From the IMG/VR virus record IMGVR_UViG_3300005512_000003: a stretch of DNA of 64,000 nt; one strand, 5' to 3'. The position numbers and the translations under genes are program-made. The notes below the pieces were generated by a model, which saw only the letters and a program-made list of their open reading frames with translations, did no database searches and was not told the DNA's origin. Each line of letters opens with the position of its first letter. The first letter of the stretch is position 1. Below, in pieces: positions 26,597 to 37,072 of this stretch. Source of the DNA: a virus. Its lineage: Duplodnaviria > Caudoviricetes.

Positions 26597-28192
26597 ATGG
26601 CTGCCATTATAACTGATCAACTCAGGATTTTGAACGCCAAGAACTTTGTGTCCTTGGCGTCTTCTGACAAAAACTCATATTATGCTTTTGTTGGTCTTCC
26701 CAATCCAACAGAATATTATTCTGATTGGGATACTACTCCTCCAGCACCTAAGGATTCTTTTGATCAGGAGAATTCTTATTGGGACACAATGATTGCATTG
26801 AAAAAGATCATTCCTGGTGATGTCAGGCAAGTAGTCAGAAAGATTGAGTGGACATCTGGTACAACTTATGATATGTACCGTCACGATGTTACTAGAGATC
26901 GTCCATCAAAACCATCTCAATCTCTAAGCATTTATTCTGCGAACTACTATGTTGTAAACAGCGATTTTAGAGTTTATATCTGTTTGCAAAATGGCACCAA
27001 TCCTGAGAATCCTAATGGTAGACCATCTCTGGATGAACCAACATTTACTGATTTAGAACCCAGAGCAGCAGGTTCTAGTGGCGATGGATATATTTGGAAG
27101 TATCTCTATACCATCAAACCAAGTGATATCGCTAAGTTTGATACGATTAATTTTATGCCTGTTCCAAAGAACTGGGATACTGAAACCTCTACTGATGCGT
27201 GTGGAAATAACGTAGCGTCTGTAAGAGAAAACGCTGCTTCAAGTGGACAGATTAAAATATGCACAATCACAAATCGTGGAGTTGGTATCGGAACTGCTAA
27301 CACAACATATACAAAAGTCCCCATCAAGGGGGATGGTAGTGGAGCAGAATGCACCATCGTTGTCAACAATGATTCTAAAGTAGAGTCTGTTACAGTATCC
27401 AATGGCGGTTCTGGATATTCCTTTGGAACTGTAGACACTGTTGCTGGAGGTCTTCCTACAGGAACAACTGCACCCGTTTTTGATGTAATCATTCCCCCAC
27501 AAGGGGGTCACGGTGCAGATATCTATAGAGAACTTGGGGCATTTAGAGTTCTGGTTTATTCAAGAATTGAAAACGATAACCAAGATCCTGACTTCATTAC
27601 TGGTAATCAAATCTCTAGAATAGGACTGGTTGAAAATCCAAATGCATATGGAACTTCAACGGTTTTAACAAAGTCAAAGGCAAGTGCTGTTGGTGCGGTA
27701 CGTCTTGGCATTGGATATAGCACTGCAACTTATCCAGCAGATTCGGTCATTTATCAGACTATTGGAACTGGATCAACTGCTGTTGCAAGAGTTGTTTCTT
27801 ATGATAAGACTACAGGTGTCTTAAAGTATTGGCAAGATAGAACTCTGATTGGTTTTAGCACAAACACAACAGATCTTCTTGAGTATGATAAGAACACCAC
27901 TCCTAAATATGGATTTGAACAAAAAGCATTTACTGCTACACCATCAAGCGGTGGAAATGTTCAGATTGTGAGAGAGGGTTCTACCTCAGGAGTTGGTATT
28001 GACACTGCGTTTACTGGTTCTACACTGTCACTAAATAATAAAACATACAACTTGGGTCAAGAGTTTACAAGTGGTCTGGCGAATCCAGAGGTTCAAAAGC
28101 ACACTGGAAACATTCTTTATGTAGACCATAGACCTGCGATTACGAGATCTCAAAATCAAAGAGAAGACATAAAAATAGTATTGCAATTCTAA
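26597..28192 (+). CDS. g8: baseplate wedge subunit gp8
   Basis: MAAIITDQLRI..WTSGTTYDMYRHD..DGYIWKYLY..EDIKIVLQF. Confidence 0.95.
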   Translation: MAAIITDQLRILNAKNFVSLASSDKNSYYAFVGLPNPTEYYSDWDTTPPAPKDSFDQENSYWDTMIALKKIIPGDVRQVVRKIEWTSGTTYDMYRHDVTRDRPSKPSQSLSIYSANYYVVNSDFRVYICLQNGTNPENPNGRPSLDEPTFTDLEPRAAGSSGDGYIWKYLYTIKPSDIAKFDTINFMPVPKNWDTETSTDACGNNVASVRENAASSGQIKICTITNRGVGIGTANTTYTKVPIKGDGSGAECTIVVNNDSKVESVTVSNGGSGYSFGTVDTVAGGLPTGTTAPVFDVIIPPQGGHGADIYRELGAFRVLVYSRIENDNQDPDFITGNQISRIGLVENPNAYGTSTVLTKSKASAVGAVRLGIGYSTATYPADSVIYQTIGTGSTAVARVVSYDKTTGVLKYWQDRTLIGFSTNTTDLLEYDKNTTPKYGFEQKAFTATPSSGGNVQIVREGSTSGVGIDTAFTGSTLSLNNKTYNLGQEFTSGLANPEVQKHTGNILYVDHRPAITRSQNQREDIKIVLQF

Positions 28193-28198
28193 CGAATT

Positions 28199-31100
28199 AT
28201 GCCACAGGAACTCAACCTCAACGTATCGCCATACTTTGACGATTTCGATAAAGACAAAGATTATTACAAGGTTTTATTTAAGCCTGGGTATCCTGTTCAG
28301 GCGAGGGAGCTGACTGGATTACAGTCGATTTTACAAAATCAGATAGAACAGTTTGGAAATCATATTTTCAAAGAAGGTTCTGTTGTAATCCCTGGACAAG
28401 TAAGTTATATTGATAACTATTATGCTGTAGAGATTCAATCTGAATATCTGGGCATTAATATTTTAGCATATTTGAATAAACTGGTAGGTAAAACTATCAG
28501 AGGTGAAAACACAGGTGTTCGTGCTTCTATTGTTGCAGTATTACCATCTGCAGATTCTGATAGAGGAAATAATACTCTTTATGTCAACTTTTTAGATTCT
28601 GACTATCTTACTGGAACGTATCAATCTTTTGCAAATGATGAGGTTCTTCTTCTTGAAGAAGGTCTGTTTGGAGAAAATGAGATTTCTGCTGGCAAATCGG
28701 TTATTGTACAACCAGGTTCTGGATGTGCTGTAACTATTCCTCTGAACGCAAATTCTGTCGGATCGGCAGTATATCTGAGTGAAGGTGTATACTTCTTAAG
28801 GGGTTATTTTGTAACTGTTCCTGAACAAACTCTCATTCTTGACCAATACGGTAATACCTCTAGTTATAGAGTCGGTCTTCAAGTTACAGAGGAGATCATA
28901 GACTCTGACGAAGATGAAACTCTGGTTGATAATGCCAAAGGATTTAATAACTTTGCCGCTCCTGGTGCAGATCGTTTAAAAATAACGGCAGAACTAGTTA
29001 AGGTTGAACTAGGAACGAATGATGTTGATAACTTTGTAGAACTCTTAGAAGTAAGAAATGGTATTTTAAGATCAGTTGTTGAGAATCCTGACTATAATCT
29101 GATCAAAGATGAACTTGCAAGAAGAACATATAATGAGTCTGGAGATTATTATATCAATCAACCAACTGTCATTCCAAAAGAATCTCTCAATGATTTAAAA
29201 GGAAATGGTGGCATTTTTAACACTGCTGAGACAACTTATAATAATAATACCCCGAGTGATGACTTGGGCATATATCAAGTAACTCCCACAAAAGCAGTTG
29301 TAAAGGGATATGATGTAGAAACAATCAGTTCTACCTTTGTAGATTTTCCAAAACCAAGAACTACTAAAACGGTTACAAATCAAAGAACAAATTACGTAAC
29401 TGGTCCAACATACGTTCTCAATAGAGTTCATGGTGCTCCTACTATTGGTGTCGGCACCGACTTTGTTGTTCATTTGATGGATTCTCGTAAGGGAGTATCT
29501 GGTATTGCATCTGCAGGAAAAGAAATCGGACTTGCAAGAGTATATGATTTTGTTCTTGAAAGTGGATCATATGACACTACTGTACCAGATCTGAATGAAT
29601 ATGACATTTCTCTGTATGATATTCAAACTTACACAGAAGTAACGCTAAATCAGGCAACAACACTGACTGTTCCAACTCACGTAAGAGGAAAATCTAGCGG
29701 AGCAACAGGTTTTCTTAGATATGATGTTTCTAGTGGCACTCTTCTTACACTTTATAATACCAAAGGCAAGTTTAAGGATGGAGAGTCCTTTATCTTTGAT
29801 GGGATTGATGACACCAGAATATCAGTTGCAACAACATCATATGGCACTGAAAAAGTAAAATCAATTTTTGCAAGGGTTGGCACAGCAGGAACTTTTAATG
29901 CTGATGTTAAACCATCAACGCTTGCTAACGTTGGTTTTGTTAGTATTACTGCTGCATCTGGTGGAATAAGCACTGTTACTACAACAGACTTCAACTTTAT
30001 TGGTATTGCAACTGAAGGAAGCACAGTTTCTTTTACTAATGCAGGTCTTTCAACTGCAAGTTTTGCTAGAGTTAGTACAGTTTCTAAACACTCTCTGACG
30101 ATTGCTGGAGTGACTACAGTCATAGGTATTAATGAAGGTGGTCTCCCTGGAACTGCAATCCAACCAGCGGACTTCAAAGTTTTATATTCTCCATTCCAGT
30201 CTTCTACTGACAATACATTATATACTGTTCTTCCAAAGAAGAATATTTCTAAAGTTGACATCAACAGCTCTTCTTTGATTATTAGAAAAAAGTTCTCAGT
30301 GACTGTTGTAAGCAATGAAACAAATACTATCCAAGCACCTAGCGGAGAAACTTTCCTGCCATTTGACGAGGAAAGATATTTGTTTATGAGGGATGATGGT
30401 AGTGTAGAAGAGTTGACAGCAGATAAGTTTATTTTTAATCCAACAAATACTACATTAAAAATTGAAGGTTTGTCAAACGCTACTGGTGGGGCACAACTTT
30501 TTGCAACTCTCACCAAAGCGCAACCATCATCAAAAACTAAGATTAGAAAGAAAGTTAATGTCTTAAATGTTAATCTTTCATCTAGTGCTAGTAGTGGTAT
30601 TGGAACAACTACATTCGATGATGGGTTAACATTTGGTACATATCCATACGGAACAAGAGTTCAAGATAAGGACATTTGTCTTTTAAAAGCAGATGTAACT
30701 AAACTTTGGGGAGTATTTGAGTCTGATAACACTGCAAATGCAGATTTGCCCAACATTGCACTTACAGTTATCAGTGGCACCAATGCCAAAACAAGTGACT
30801 TATTGATTGGTGAAGAGTTTGAAGGTCAAACTAGTGGAGCACTTGGCATTTATTGTGAAAAACTCTCAGATAGTAAGATAAGTTATATTCGTCTGAATCA
30901 GGAGAGATTCCAAGAAGGGGAAACCATCAAGTTTAAAGATACTGGAGTAACTGCAACCGCTGAGATTCTTGGCAGAGGCGATAACAACATTACTCAAAAC
31001 TATGTTCTTGATAATGGTCAGAGATCTACCATTTATGACTTTGGTAGAATAACAAGAAAGGACCTTAAACTTGCTCCATCAAAGAGACTGAAAATTGTTT

Positions 31101-33478
31101 TTGAAACTGCTGAGTTTGAATCTTCTGATCGTGGGGATATTATAACAGTCAATAGTTACAATGCATTTGACTATAAAAACATTCCAAGAGTAAATGGAGT
31201 TCCAAACTCTGATATTTTAGATATTAGACCTAGATCAACTTCTGTAGGAGTAGTCACTACTGGAGACTTATCACCATTTGAATTTAGAGGAAGATCAATC
31301 AATGCTACTGGAAACTCTGTTCCAAACATTCTTGCTAGTGATGAGCAAATCCTTATCGATTATTCATACTACTTACCAAGAATAGACAGAATCTTCTTAA
31401 CAAAAGATGGAGTATTCCAGTTAAATCAAGGAACTCCAGCAGAAACTCCACAGTTACCAGATTCCATTGATGATGGTATTGAAGTTGCAAGAGCATCCTT
31501 GCCTGCATATCTTTATGATATCAATGATGTAGACATCAATATCTTTGACTATAAAAGATACAAGATGTCCGATATCAATAAACTTGATAAGAGACTGAGC
31601 AATCTTGAACTGTTTACAGCACTTTCTCTGCTGGAAGTAGATACTGCAAATCTTCCAATCAAAGATAATGATGGACTGATTAGATTTAAATCTGGATTCT
31701 TTGTTGATGATTTCTCTTCTACAAAAGCACAGAGAAAAGAAACTCTTGTAAAGAACAGTATTGATGTTATCAATAGTGAACTGAGACCTGCACCATACAC
31801 AACCGAGATAGATCTTCTTTTGGGAAGTGAGTCATCGATTGGAATCAATGGACCAGCTGATCCATTTGTAGATACAGAGTTTGTTTCTGATCTACTCGGA
31901 TCGAATATTAAGAAAACTGGTCAGTTAGTAACACTGGATTATACAGAAGTTACTGAGATTGAGCAACCCTATGCTACCAGACAAGAAAAAGTTTCTCCAG
32001 TAAGAACTTCTTACTATGGTGGTACTATTGAACTGACACCTTCTTCGGATGTTTGGGTTGATCAGACTAAAGTCAATGCTAGAAGTAATGAATACCTTAG
32101 TAACTATACAGAATCTCCAGAACAACTTGGCGTTTCCGACAATGACAAGCAGGCAGGATTTAACCCTGTAGTTTGGGGATCTTGGGATACTTTCTGGTCT
32201 GGACTGGACGATGGATATTCTTCTAGCATTCTTCAGAACTATGATATTGTTAATGACTATATTCAAACTTACAATAAGACTGGAACTACATCAGTCCAAA
32301 GTGCTCGTAAGATCTTGAAGAATATCTTTGGAGATAACGCCAGTTCTCAAATCGTTCCTTATCTGAGAGAAAGAAACATTGAGTTTGTTGCAAGAAGATT
32401 AAAACCATTTACACGAGTATATGGTGTTTTTGAGGGACAAAACATTCAGAAGTATGTTGTACCAAAGTTACTCCAAATTGAAATGTCAACTGGATCTTTC
32501 CAGGTTGGAGAAACTGTAATTGGTTTATTTGGAAATAAGTTTGACACCAACATCCCATCTATTAAGTTCCGAGTTGCACAACAAAACCATAAGTTTGGTC
32601 CTTATAACTTACCAACTCAAATCTTTGGAGCAAATCCATATTCCAGAGAATCTATCATTCCAGCAGCATACTCTGCAACTTCAACTATATTAAACATTGA
32701 TACTTACAGTCTTGCTGCTCAAGCACAAGGAGACTTCCATGGATGGGTGATAGCAGGTATGACTCTTAGAGGTCAAACTAGTGGAGCTGAAGCAGTTATT
32801 AGTGATGTAAAACTCCTCACTGATCAAAAAGGTGTTGTTATCGGATCTCTTTATATTCCAGATCCTAGTGTATCTTCAAACCCTGCTTTTGAAAGTGGCG
32901 TAAAGACATTTAAGTTAACAAGTAATAGTGTTATTTCTCAAACTACAGGAGTTCCACTTACAAGTGCAGAAGAGAAGTTCTACTCTGTTGGTGTCTTTAA
33001 TAATACTCAAGAGAATTTAACTGCTACCCGTCCCGTAAGATTAGAAACTCAAAATCTTGTAGATTTCTCAGTTGGCAAGAGTGGCAGTTCTTCTGTTGTG
33101 TCAACCACTATTCTTGGTCAAAATGGACCCTCACAATCCCCACTTAGTGGAGGAACAACTCCATCTGCTGGTATTCAGGGAACTCAAGGGTTAACTGGGG
33201 CACAAACAACACAGTTTGTTGCTGGTATTCAAGGAACTGCTAACTCTGTTGGTTCTATAGTTCCAACATCATCACCAGTAGCACCTGGAACTGTTGCTCC
33301 TGGATCTAGTGACGTGACTACTGAGTTCTTTACGGTATCAACATCACCAACAGCAACCTCAACTAACTTAACTCCTGTCACAGAAGAAACTGTTGAAGTT
33401 ACCACTACCTTTGTTGCAACTCCAGATGTATCTCAAACACTTGGATCTGGCACAAACAGTGGTTCCAGTGGTTACTAA
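28199..33478 (+). CDS. VrlC-like / DUF4815-type virion structural protein, N-terminal part
   Basis: NVSPYFDDFD..VLFKPGYPVQARELT..APGADRLK..LARRT..ESGDY..YYLPRID..GFFVDDF. Confidence 0.85.
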   Translation: MPQELNLNVSPYFDDFDKDKDYYKVLFKPGYPVQARELTGLQSILQNQIEQFGNHIFKEGSVVIPGQVSYIDNYYAVEIQSEYLGINILAYLNKLVGKTIRGENTGVRASIVAVLPSADSDRGNNTLYVNFLDSDYLTGTYQSFANDEVLLLEEGLFGENEISAGKSVIVQPGSGCAVTIPLNANSVGSAVYLSEGVYFLRGYFVTVPEQTLILDQYGNTSSYRVGLQVTEEIIDSDEDETLVDNAKGFNNFAAPGADRLKITAELVKVELGTNDVDNFVELLEVRNGILRSVVENPDYNLIKDELARRTYNESGDYYINQPTVIPKESLNDLKGNGGIFNTAETTYNNNTPSDDLGIYQVTPTKAVVKGYDVETISSTFVDFPKPRTTKTVTNQRTNYVTGPTYVLNRVHGAPTIGVGTDFVVHLMDSRKGVSGIASAGKEIGLARVYDFVLESGSYDTTVPDLNEYDISLYDIQTYTEVTLNQATTLTVPTHVRGKSSGATGFLRYDVSSGTLLTLYNTKGKFKDGESFIFDGIDDTRISVATTSYGTEKVKSIFARVGTAGTFNADVKPSTLANVGFVSITAASGGISTVTTTDFNFIGIATEGSTVSFTNAGLSTASFARVSTVSKHSLTIAGVTTVIGINEGGLPGTAIQPADFKVLYSPFQSSTDNTLYTVLPKKNISKVDINSSSLIIRKKFSVTVVSNETNTIQAPSGETFLPFDEERYLFMRDDGSVEELTADKFIFNPTNTTLKIEGLSNATGGAQLFATLTKAQPSSKTKIRKKVNVLNVNLSSSASSGIGTTTFDDGLTFGTYPYGTRVQDKDICLLKADVTKLWGVFESDNTANADLPNIALTVISGTNAKTSDLLIGEEFEGQTSGALGIYCEKLSDSKISYIRLNQERFQEGETIKFKDTGVTATAEILGRGDNNITQNYVLDNGQRSTIYDFGRITRKDLKLAPSKRLKIVFETAEFESSDRGDIITVNSYNAFDYKNIPRVNGVPNSDILDIRPRSTSVGVVTTGDLSPFEFRGRSINATGNSVPNILASDEQILIDYSYYLPRIDRIFLTKDGVFQLNQGTPAETPQLPDSIDDGIEVARASLPAYLYDINDVDINIFDYKRYKMSDINKLDKRLSNLELFTALSLLEVDTANLPIKDNDGLIRFKSGFFVDDFSSTKAQRKETLVKNSIDVINSELRPAPYTTEIDLLLGSESSIGINGPADPFVDTEFVSDLLGSNIKKTGQLVTLDYTEVTEIEQPYATRQEKVSPVRTSYYGGTIELTPSSDVWVDQTKVNARSNEYLSNYTESPEQLGVSDNDKQAGFNPVVWGSWDTFWSGLDDGYSSSILQNYDIVNDYIQTYNKTGTTSVQSARKILKNIFGDNASSQIVPYLRERNIEFVARRLKPFTRVYGVFEGQNIQKYVVPKLLQIEMSTGSFQVGETVIGLFGNKFDTNIPSIKFRVAQQNHKFGPYNLPTQIFGANPYSRESIIPAAYSATSTILNIDTYSLAAQAQGDFHGWVIAGMTLRGQTSGAEAVISDVKLLTDQKGVVIGSLYIPDPSVSSNPAFESGVKTFKLTSNSVISQTTGVPLTSAEEKFYSVGVFNNTQENLTATRPVRLETQNLVDFSVGKSGSSSVVSTTILGQNGPSQSPLSGGTTPSAGIQGTQGLTGAQTTQFVAGIQGTANSVGSIVPTSSPVAPGTVAPGSSDVTTEFFTVSTSPTATSTNLTPVTEETVEVTTTFVATPDVSQTLGSGTNSGSSGY

Positions 33479-33519
33479 ATAAGTTAGATAGACCGACACT
33501 ACCAAGTGATATCTAAGAA

Positions 33520-35979
33520 ATGAAAATCATAGATCCGTTAGCCCAGTCTTTTTACGTTGAGTCAGATAGTGGCATTTTTGTAACTTCAATTGATATCTTT
33601 TTCTCTGGAAAAGATAATAACTTGCCAGTAACGATTCAACTGAGACCAATGGTTTCAGGACTTCCTTCCGCAGAGATTTATCCCTTTAGTGAGGTAACAC
33701 TGGAACCTGGACAGATAAACACGTCTGAAGATGCTAGCGTTGCTACTAAGGTAACATTCCCATCACCAGTATATTTGCAAGGAAAGAAGTTTCATTCAAT
33801 CTGTGTCTTATCAAACTCCAATAACTATAGAGTTTGGACATCTAGACTTGGTGAGGTAGATGTTACTTTGATTGGTGGAGAGGAGTCAAGAGAAGTTTTT
33901 GTGACTCAAAGTCCTCTCTCAGGAAGTCTTTATAAAGCACAGAATGGATCTGAGTGGATATCAAGTGCTTATGAAGACTTAAAGTTTACTTTGAGAAGAG
34001 CAAACTTTTCCAATAACGGAAATATTAACTTCTATAATCCAAATCTCAGTGAGGGTAATGAAGAGATTGCGACTTTGGTAAAAGATCCTCTTAATGTTAC
34101 ATCTAAAAGCATCAGAGTCGGTCTAGGAACGACAGTCTCAGAAACTTTAGTATCTGGAATGATCACTGGACTGACTATCAGTCAGTCTAATACAAATGCA
34201 ACTGGAACTTTAGTAGGTTTTGCTGGATCTGCTACTGGTGATCTTACTATCACTAATGCAGGTGCTGGATATTCTACAATCAGTGGATCCACAGTTCACA
34301 GTTCAGTGGATCTCGTTACTATAACTGGTAATGGCGAAAGTGCTACAGCAGACATTACGGTAACAAATGGAGTTGCAGTAGCTGCGACCATTGTGGCAGG
34401 GGGAAGTGGATACGTCGTTGGTGATGTATTGACTGTGAGTTCATTGACAAACTCCACAATCGGTAAAAATATGCAACTGACTGTTGCAGACACATTTGGA
34501 AATAATACATTAGTCCTTGATCGGGTCAAGGGAGATTTCTCTATTGGGGCAGGTAATACCATTCAGTTTACTAATGGAAATGGCGTTTTAACGGTAGCAA
34601 CTGGTGTTGGAGCGACTTCTGTAACTTCTGTGACCGATGGACTACACATCAAAGTCAACCATAAGAATCATGGTTTATGTGCCACACATGGATCGGTTGT
34701 CATTTCAAATGTTTCTCCAGATATTGCTCCAGCAAGACTAACAGACACCTATGCAAATACCGCAACTACAGCGGTTTCTGTAGACAATGGTGGATTATTT
34801 GGAGTTTTTGAAGGAGTTGGAGTAGGATCAACAAATCCTGGATATGCAATTATCGGAGATGAAATCATCTCTTATGAAAATGTAGTCAATAATCAACTTA
34901 CAGGTATCACTAGAAATATTGATGATACTCTTTCATACACTTACACTTCAGGAACAGAGATTCGTAAATATGAACTTGCAGGTGTTTCTTTAAGACGAAT
35001 CAATAAAGAGCACGATCTAACTCAAGTCACAGTTTCTAATCCGTTAGATCTTGATTATTATAACGTAAAACTTGATATGTCTACTAATGGCATTGATAGA
35101 AGTGTAGGGACTAGTTTCCCCAAACTTTATTTGAATGCTACTAAGTCCACTGGTGGAGAAACTGTAAAGGCAACTCAAAATATTATTTTTGATGTAATCA
35201 AACCAGTGATTCAGACAATGACTGTCAGAGGAACTAATATCGATTCTTCTATTAGAACAGTTACTGCACATACAGTTGCTGGCGGAGAAACTCCATATGT
35301 TGATCAAGGATTTGAAAATATCAGTTTGAAGAAATCAAACTATCTGACCTCTCCAAGAATGATTGCATCAAAAGTCAATGAGACTAATGATCTAACATCA
35401 CTACCTGGTAATAAGTCATTTACCCTGAATATGAATTTGTCAACTTCGGATAACAGAGTTTCTCCTGTTGTTGACTTAGATAGAGTTTCTGTTATTTTGA
35501 CTTCTAACAGAATCAATAATCCAATATCAAACTACGCTACTGATATCAGAACATCTACATTAGCAGAAGATCCATCTGCTTTTGTATATGCAACTAAACC
35601 AATAGCACTGGAAGTTCCAGCAAATGCTATTAAGGTGTTGTTCTCTGCATATATTAATCAAACTAGTGACGTTCGTGTCTTCTATGCGCTTCAAGAAGAA
35701 CCATCGGACGAACCATTCTACTTCCCATTCCCAGGTTATGCAAACATTGCAACTGATGGAACAGTAGATGTTGGAAATAGTGATGGTTCATCTGATGTAA
35801 ACGTACCAAAAACAGACGTTCTTGGATTTTCTCAAGACGAGTTGATTTATAGAGATTATGAATACACGGTAGATGACTTGGAGTCATTCAGATACTTTAG
35901 TATTAAGATTGTTGGATCATCTACAAATCAATCATATCCACCAAGACTCAGAGATTTAAGAATCATTGCTCTTGCTTGA
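33520..35979 (+). CDS. virion structural protein (VrlC-like C-terminal part)
   Basis: Begins DPLAQSF..; EDLKFTL; ends PRLRDLRIIALA. Confidence 0.8.
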   Translation: MKIIDPLAQSFYVESDSGIFVTSIDIFFSGKDNNLPVTIQLRPMVSGLPSAEIYPFSEVTLEPGQINTSEDASVATKVTFPSPVYLQGKKFHSICVLSNSNNYRVWTSRLGEVDVTLIGGEESREVFVTQSPLSGSLYKAQNGSEWISSAYEDLKFTLRRANFSNNGNINFYNPNLSEGNEEIATLVKDPLNVTSKSIRVGLGTTVSETLVSGMITGLTISQSNTNATGTLVGFAGSATGDLTITNAGAGYSTISGSTVHSSVDLVTITGNGESATADITVTNGVAVAATIVAGGSGYVVGDVLTVSSLTNSTIGKNMQLTVADTFGNNTLVLDRVKGDFSIGAGNTIQFTNGNGVLTVATGVGATSVTSVTDGLHIKVNHKNHGLCATHGSVVISNVSPDIAPARLTDTYANTATTAVSVDNGGLFGVFEGVGVGSTNPGYAIIGDEIISYENVVNNQLTGITRNIDDTLSYTYTSGTEIRKYELAGVSLRRINKEHDLTQVTVSNPLDLDYYNVKLDMSTNGIDRSVGTSFPKLYLNATKSTGGETVKATQNIIFDVIKPVIQTMTVRGTNIDSSIRTVTAHTVAGGETPYVDQGFENISLKKSNYLTSPRMIASKVNETNDLTSLPGNKSFTLNMNLSTSDNRVSPVVDLDRVSVILTSNRINNPISNYATDIRTSTLAEDPSAFVYATKPIALEVPANAIKVLFSAYINQTSDVRVFYALQEEPSDEPFYFPFPGYANIATDGTVDVGNSDGSSDVNVPKTDVLGFSQDELIYRDYEYTVDDLESFRYFSIKIVGSSTNQSYPPRLRDLRIIALA

Positions 35980-36206
35980 TTATGAACTACTCTAAAGTAG
36001 AAGGGTTCAATAATCTCATGAGGGATGAGGTTTCTCAGGCGGTGATAAACACAAATGTCACTGAATATCACAAATACTTGTCTGAGAAACAGAAAAAGAA
36101 AATGGAAAATGAGAGGATGGAATCCATTGAGAATGAAATATCAGATCTGAAGTCTGATGTCAGTGAAATAAAGGATCTACTGAAGCATATTGTCAAATCA
36201 TTATAG
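35976..36206 (+). CDS. small coiled-coil protein upstream of g13
   Basis: KVEG..NL.RD..S.AVIN; heptad C-terminus. Confidence 0.75.
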   Translation: MIMNYSKVEGFNNLMRDEVSQAVINTNVTEYHKYLSEKQKKKMENERMESIENEISDLKSDVSEIKDLLKHIVKSL

Positions 36207-36228
36207 ATAATATAGGGGGATTGCAACA

Positions 36229-37068
36229 ATGGCACAACCATCCACAAGACAAGGACTGATTGACTACGCGAAGAGGCAACTGGGTTATCCAGTGCTGGAG
36301 ATCAACGTTGCTGATGAGCAACTCTCCGATGCAGTGGATGATGCGTTACAATATTTTCACGAAAGACATTTTGATGGGGTATATCCAACCTTCTTAAAAT
36401 ACCAGATAACTCAAGATGATATTGACAGAGGAAGAGCACCAAATACTAGCACTTCTGGTTTAGTTGGTCTCACCACAGAGCATACAGTTGGAGTTACAAC
36501 TCAGTTTGCTTGGAAAGAAAATGCAAACTACTTGTATATTCCAGAGTCTGTAATAGGAATCAACAGAGTATTTAAATTTGATGGTAGTAACAGTATTACC
36601 AACAATATGTTCAGTGTAAAGTATCAGCTGTTCTTGAATGATATCTACTATTGGGGATCAACTGAACTTCTAACATATACAATGACCAAGCGTTATCTGG
36701 AAGATCTTGATTTCGCTATCAGCACAATGAAGCAGTTTAGATTCAATAAGAGACAAGATAAACTGTTTATTGATATAGATTGGGGATCTCTGAGTGTGGA
36801 TGATTACATTGTCATTGAGTGTTACAGAGTTTTAGATCCCACTCAAAATACTCAAGTATATAACGATTCATTCCTTAAAAAATATGTAACTGCTCTGATT
36901 AAGAAGCAGTGGGGAATGAATATGATGAAGTTTACTGGGGTAAAACTACCTGGTGGAGTGGAGTTAAATGGTAGACAAATGTATGATGATGCAATGAAAG
37001 ATCTTGATGACATTCAGCAAATGATGTCAAGCACTTATGAACTTCCACCACTGGACATGATCGGTTGA
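36229..37068 (+). CDS. g13: neck protein gp13
   Basis: LGYPVLEINVADEQ..QWG..LPGGVELNG..PPLDMIG. Confidence 0.95.
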   Translation: MAQPSTRQGLIDYAKRQLGYPVLEINVADEQLSDAVDDALQYFHERHFDGVYPTFLKYQITQDDIDRGRAPNTSTSGLVGLTTEHTVGVTTQFAWKENANYLYIPESVIGINRVFKFDGSNSITNNMFSVKYQLFLNDIYYWGSTELLTYTMTKRYLEDLDFAISTMKQFRFNKRQDKLFIDIDWGSLSVDDYIVIECYRVLDPTQNTQVYNDSFLKKYVTALIKKQWGMNMMKFTGVKLPGGVELNGRQMYDDAMKDLDDIQQMMSSTYELPPLDMIG

Positions 37069-37072
37069 TCTT

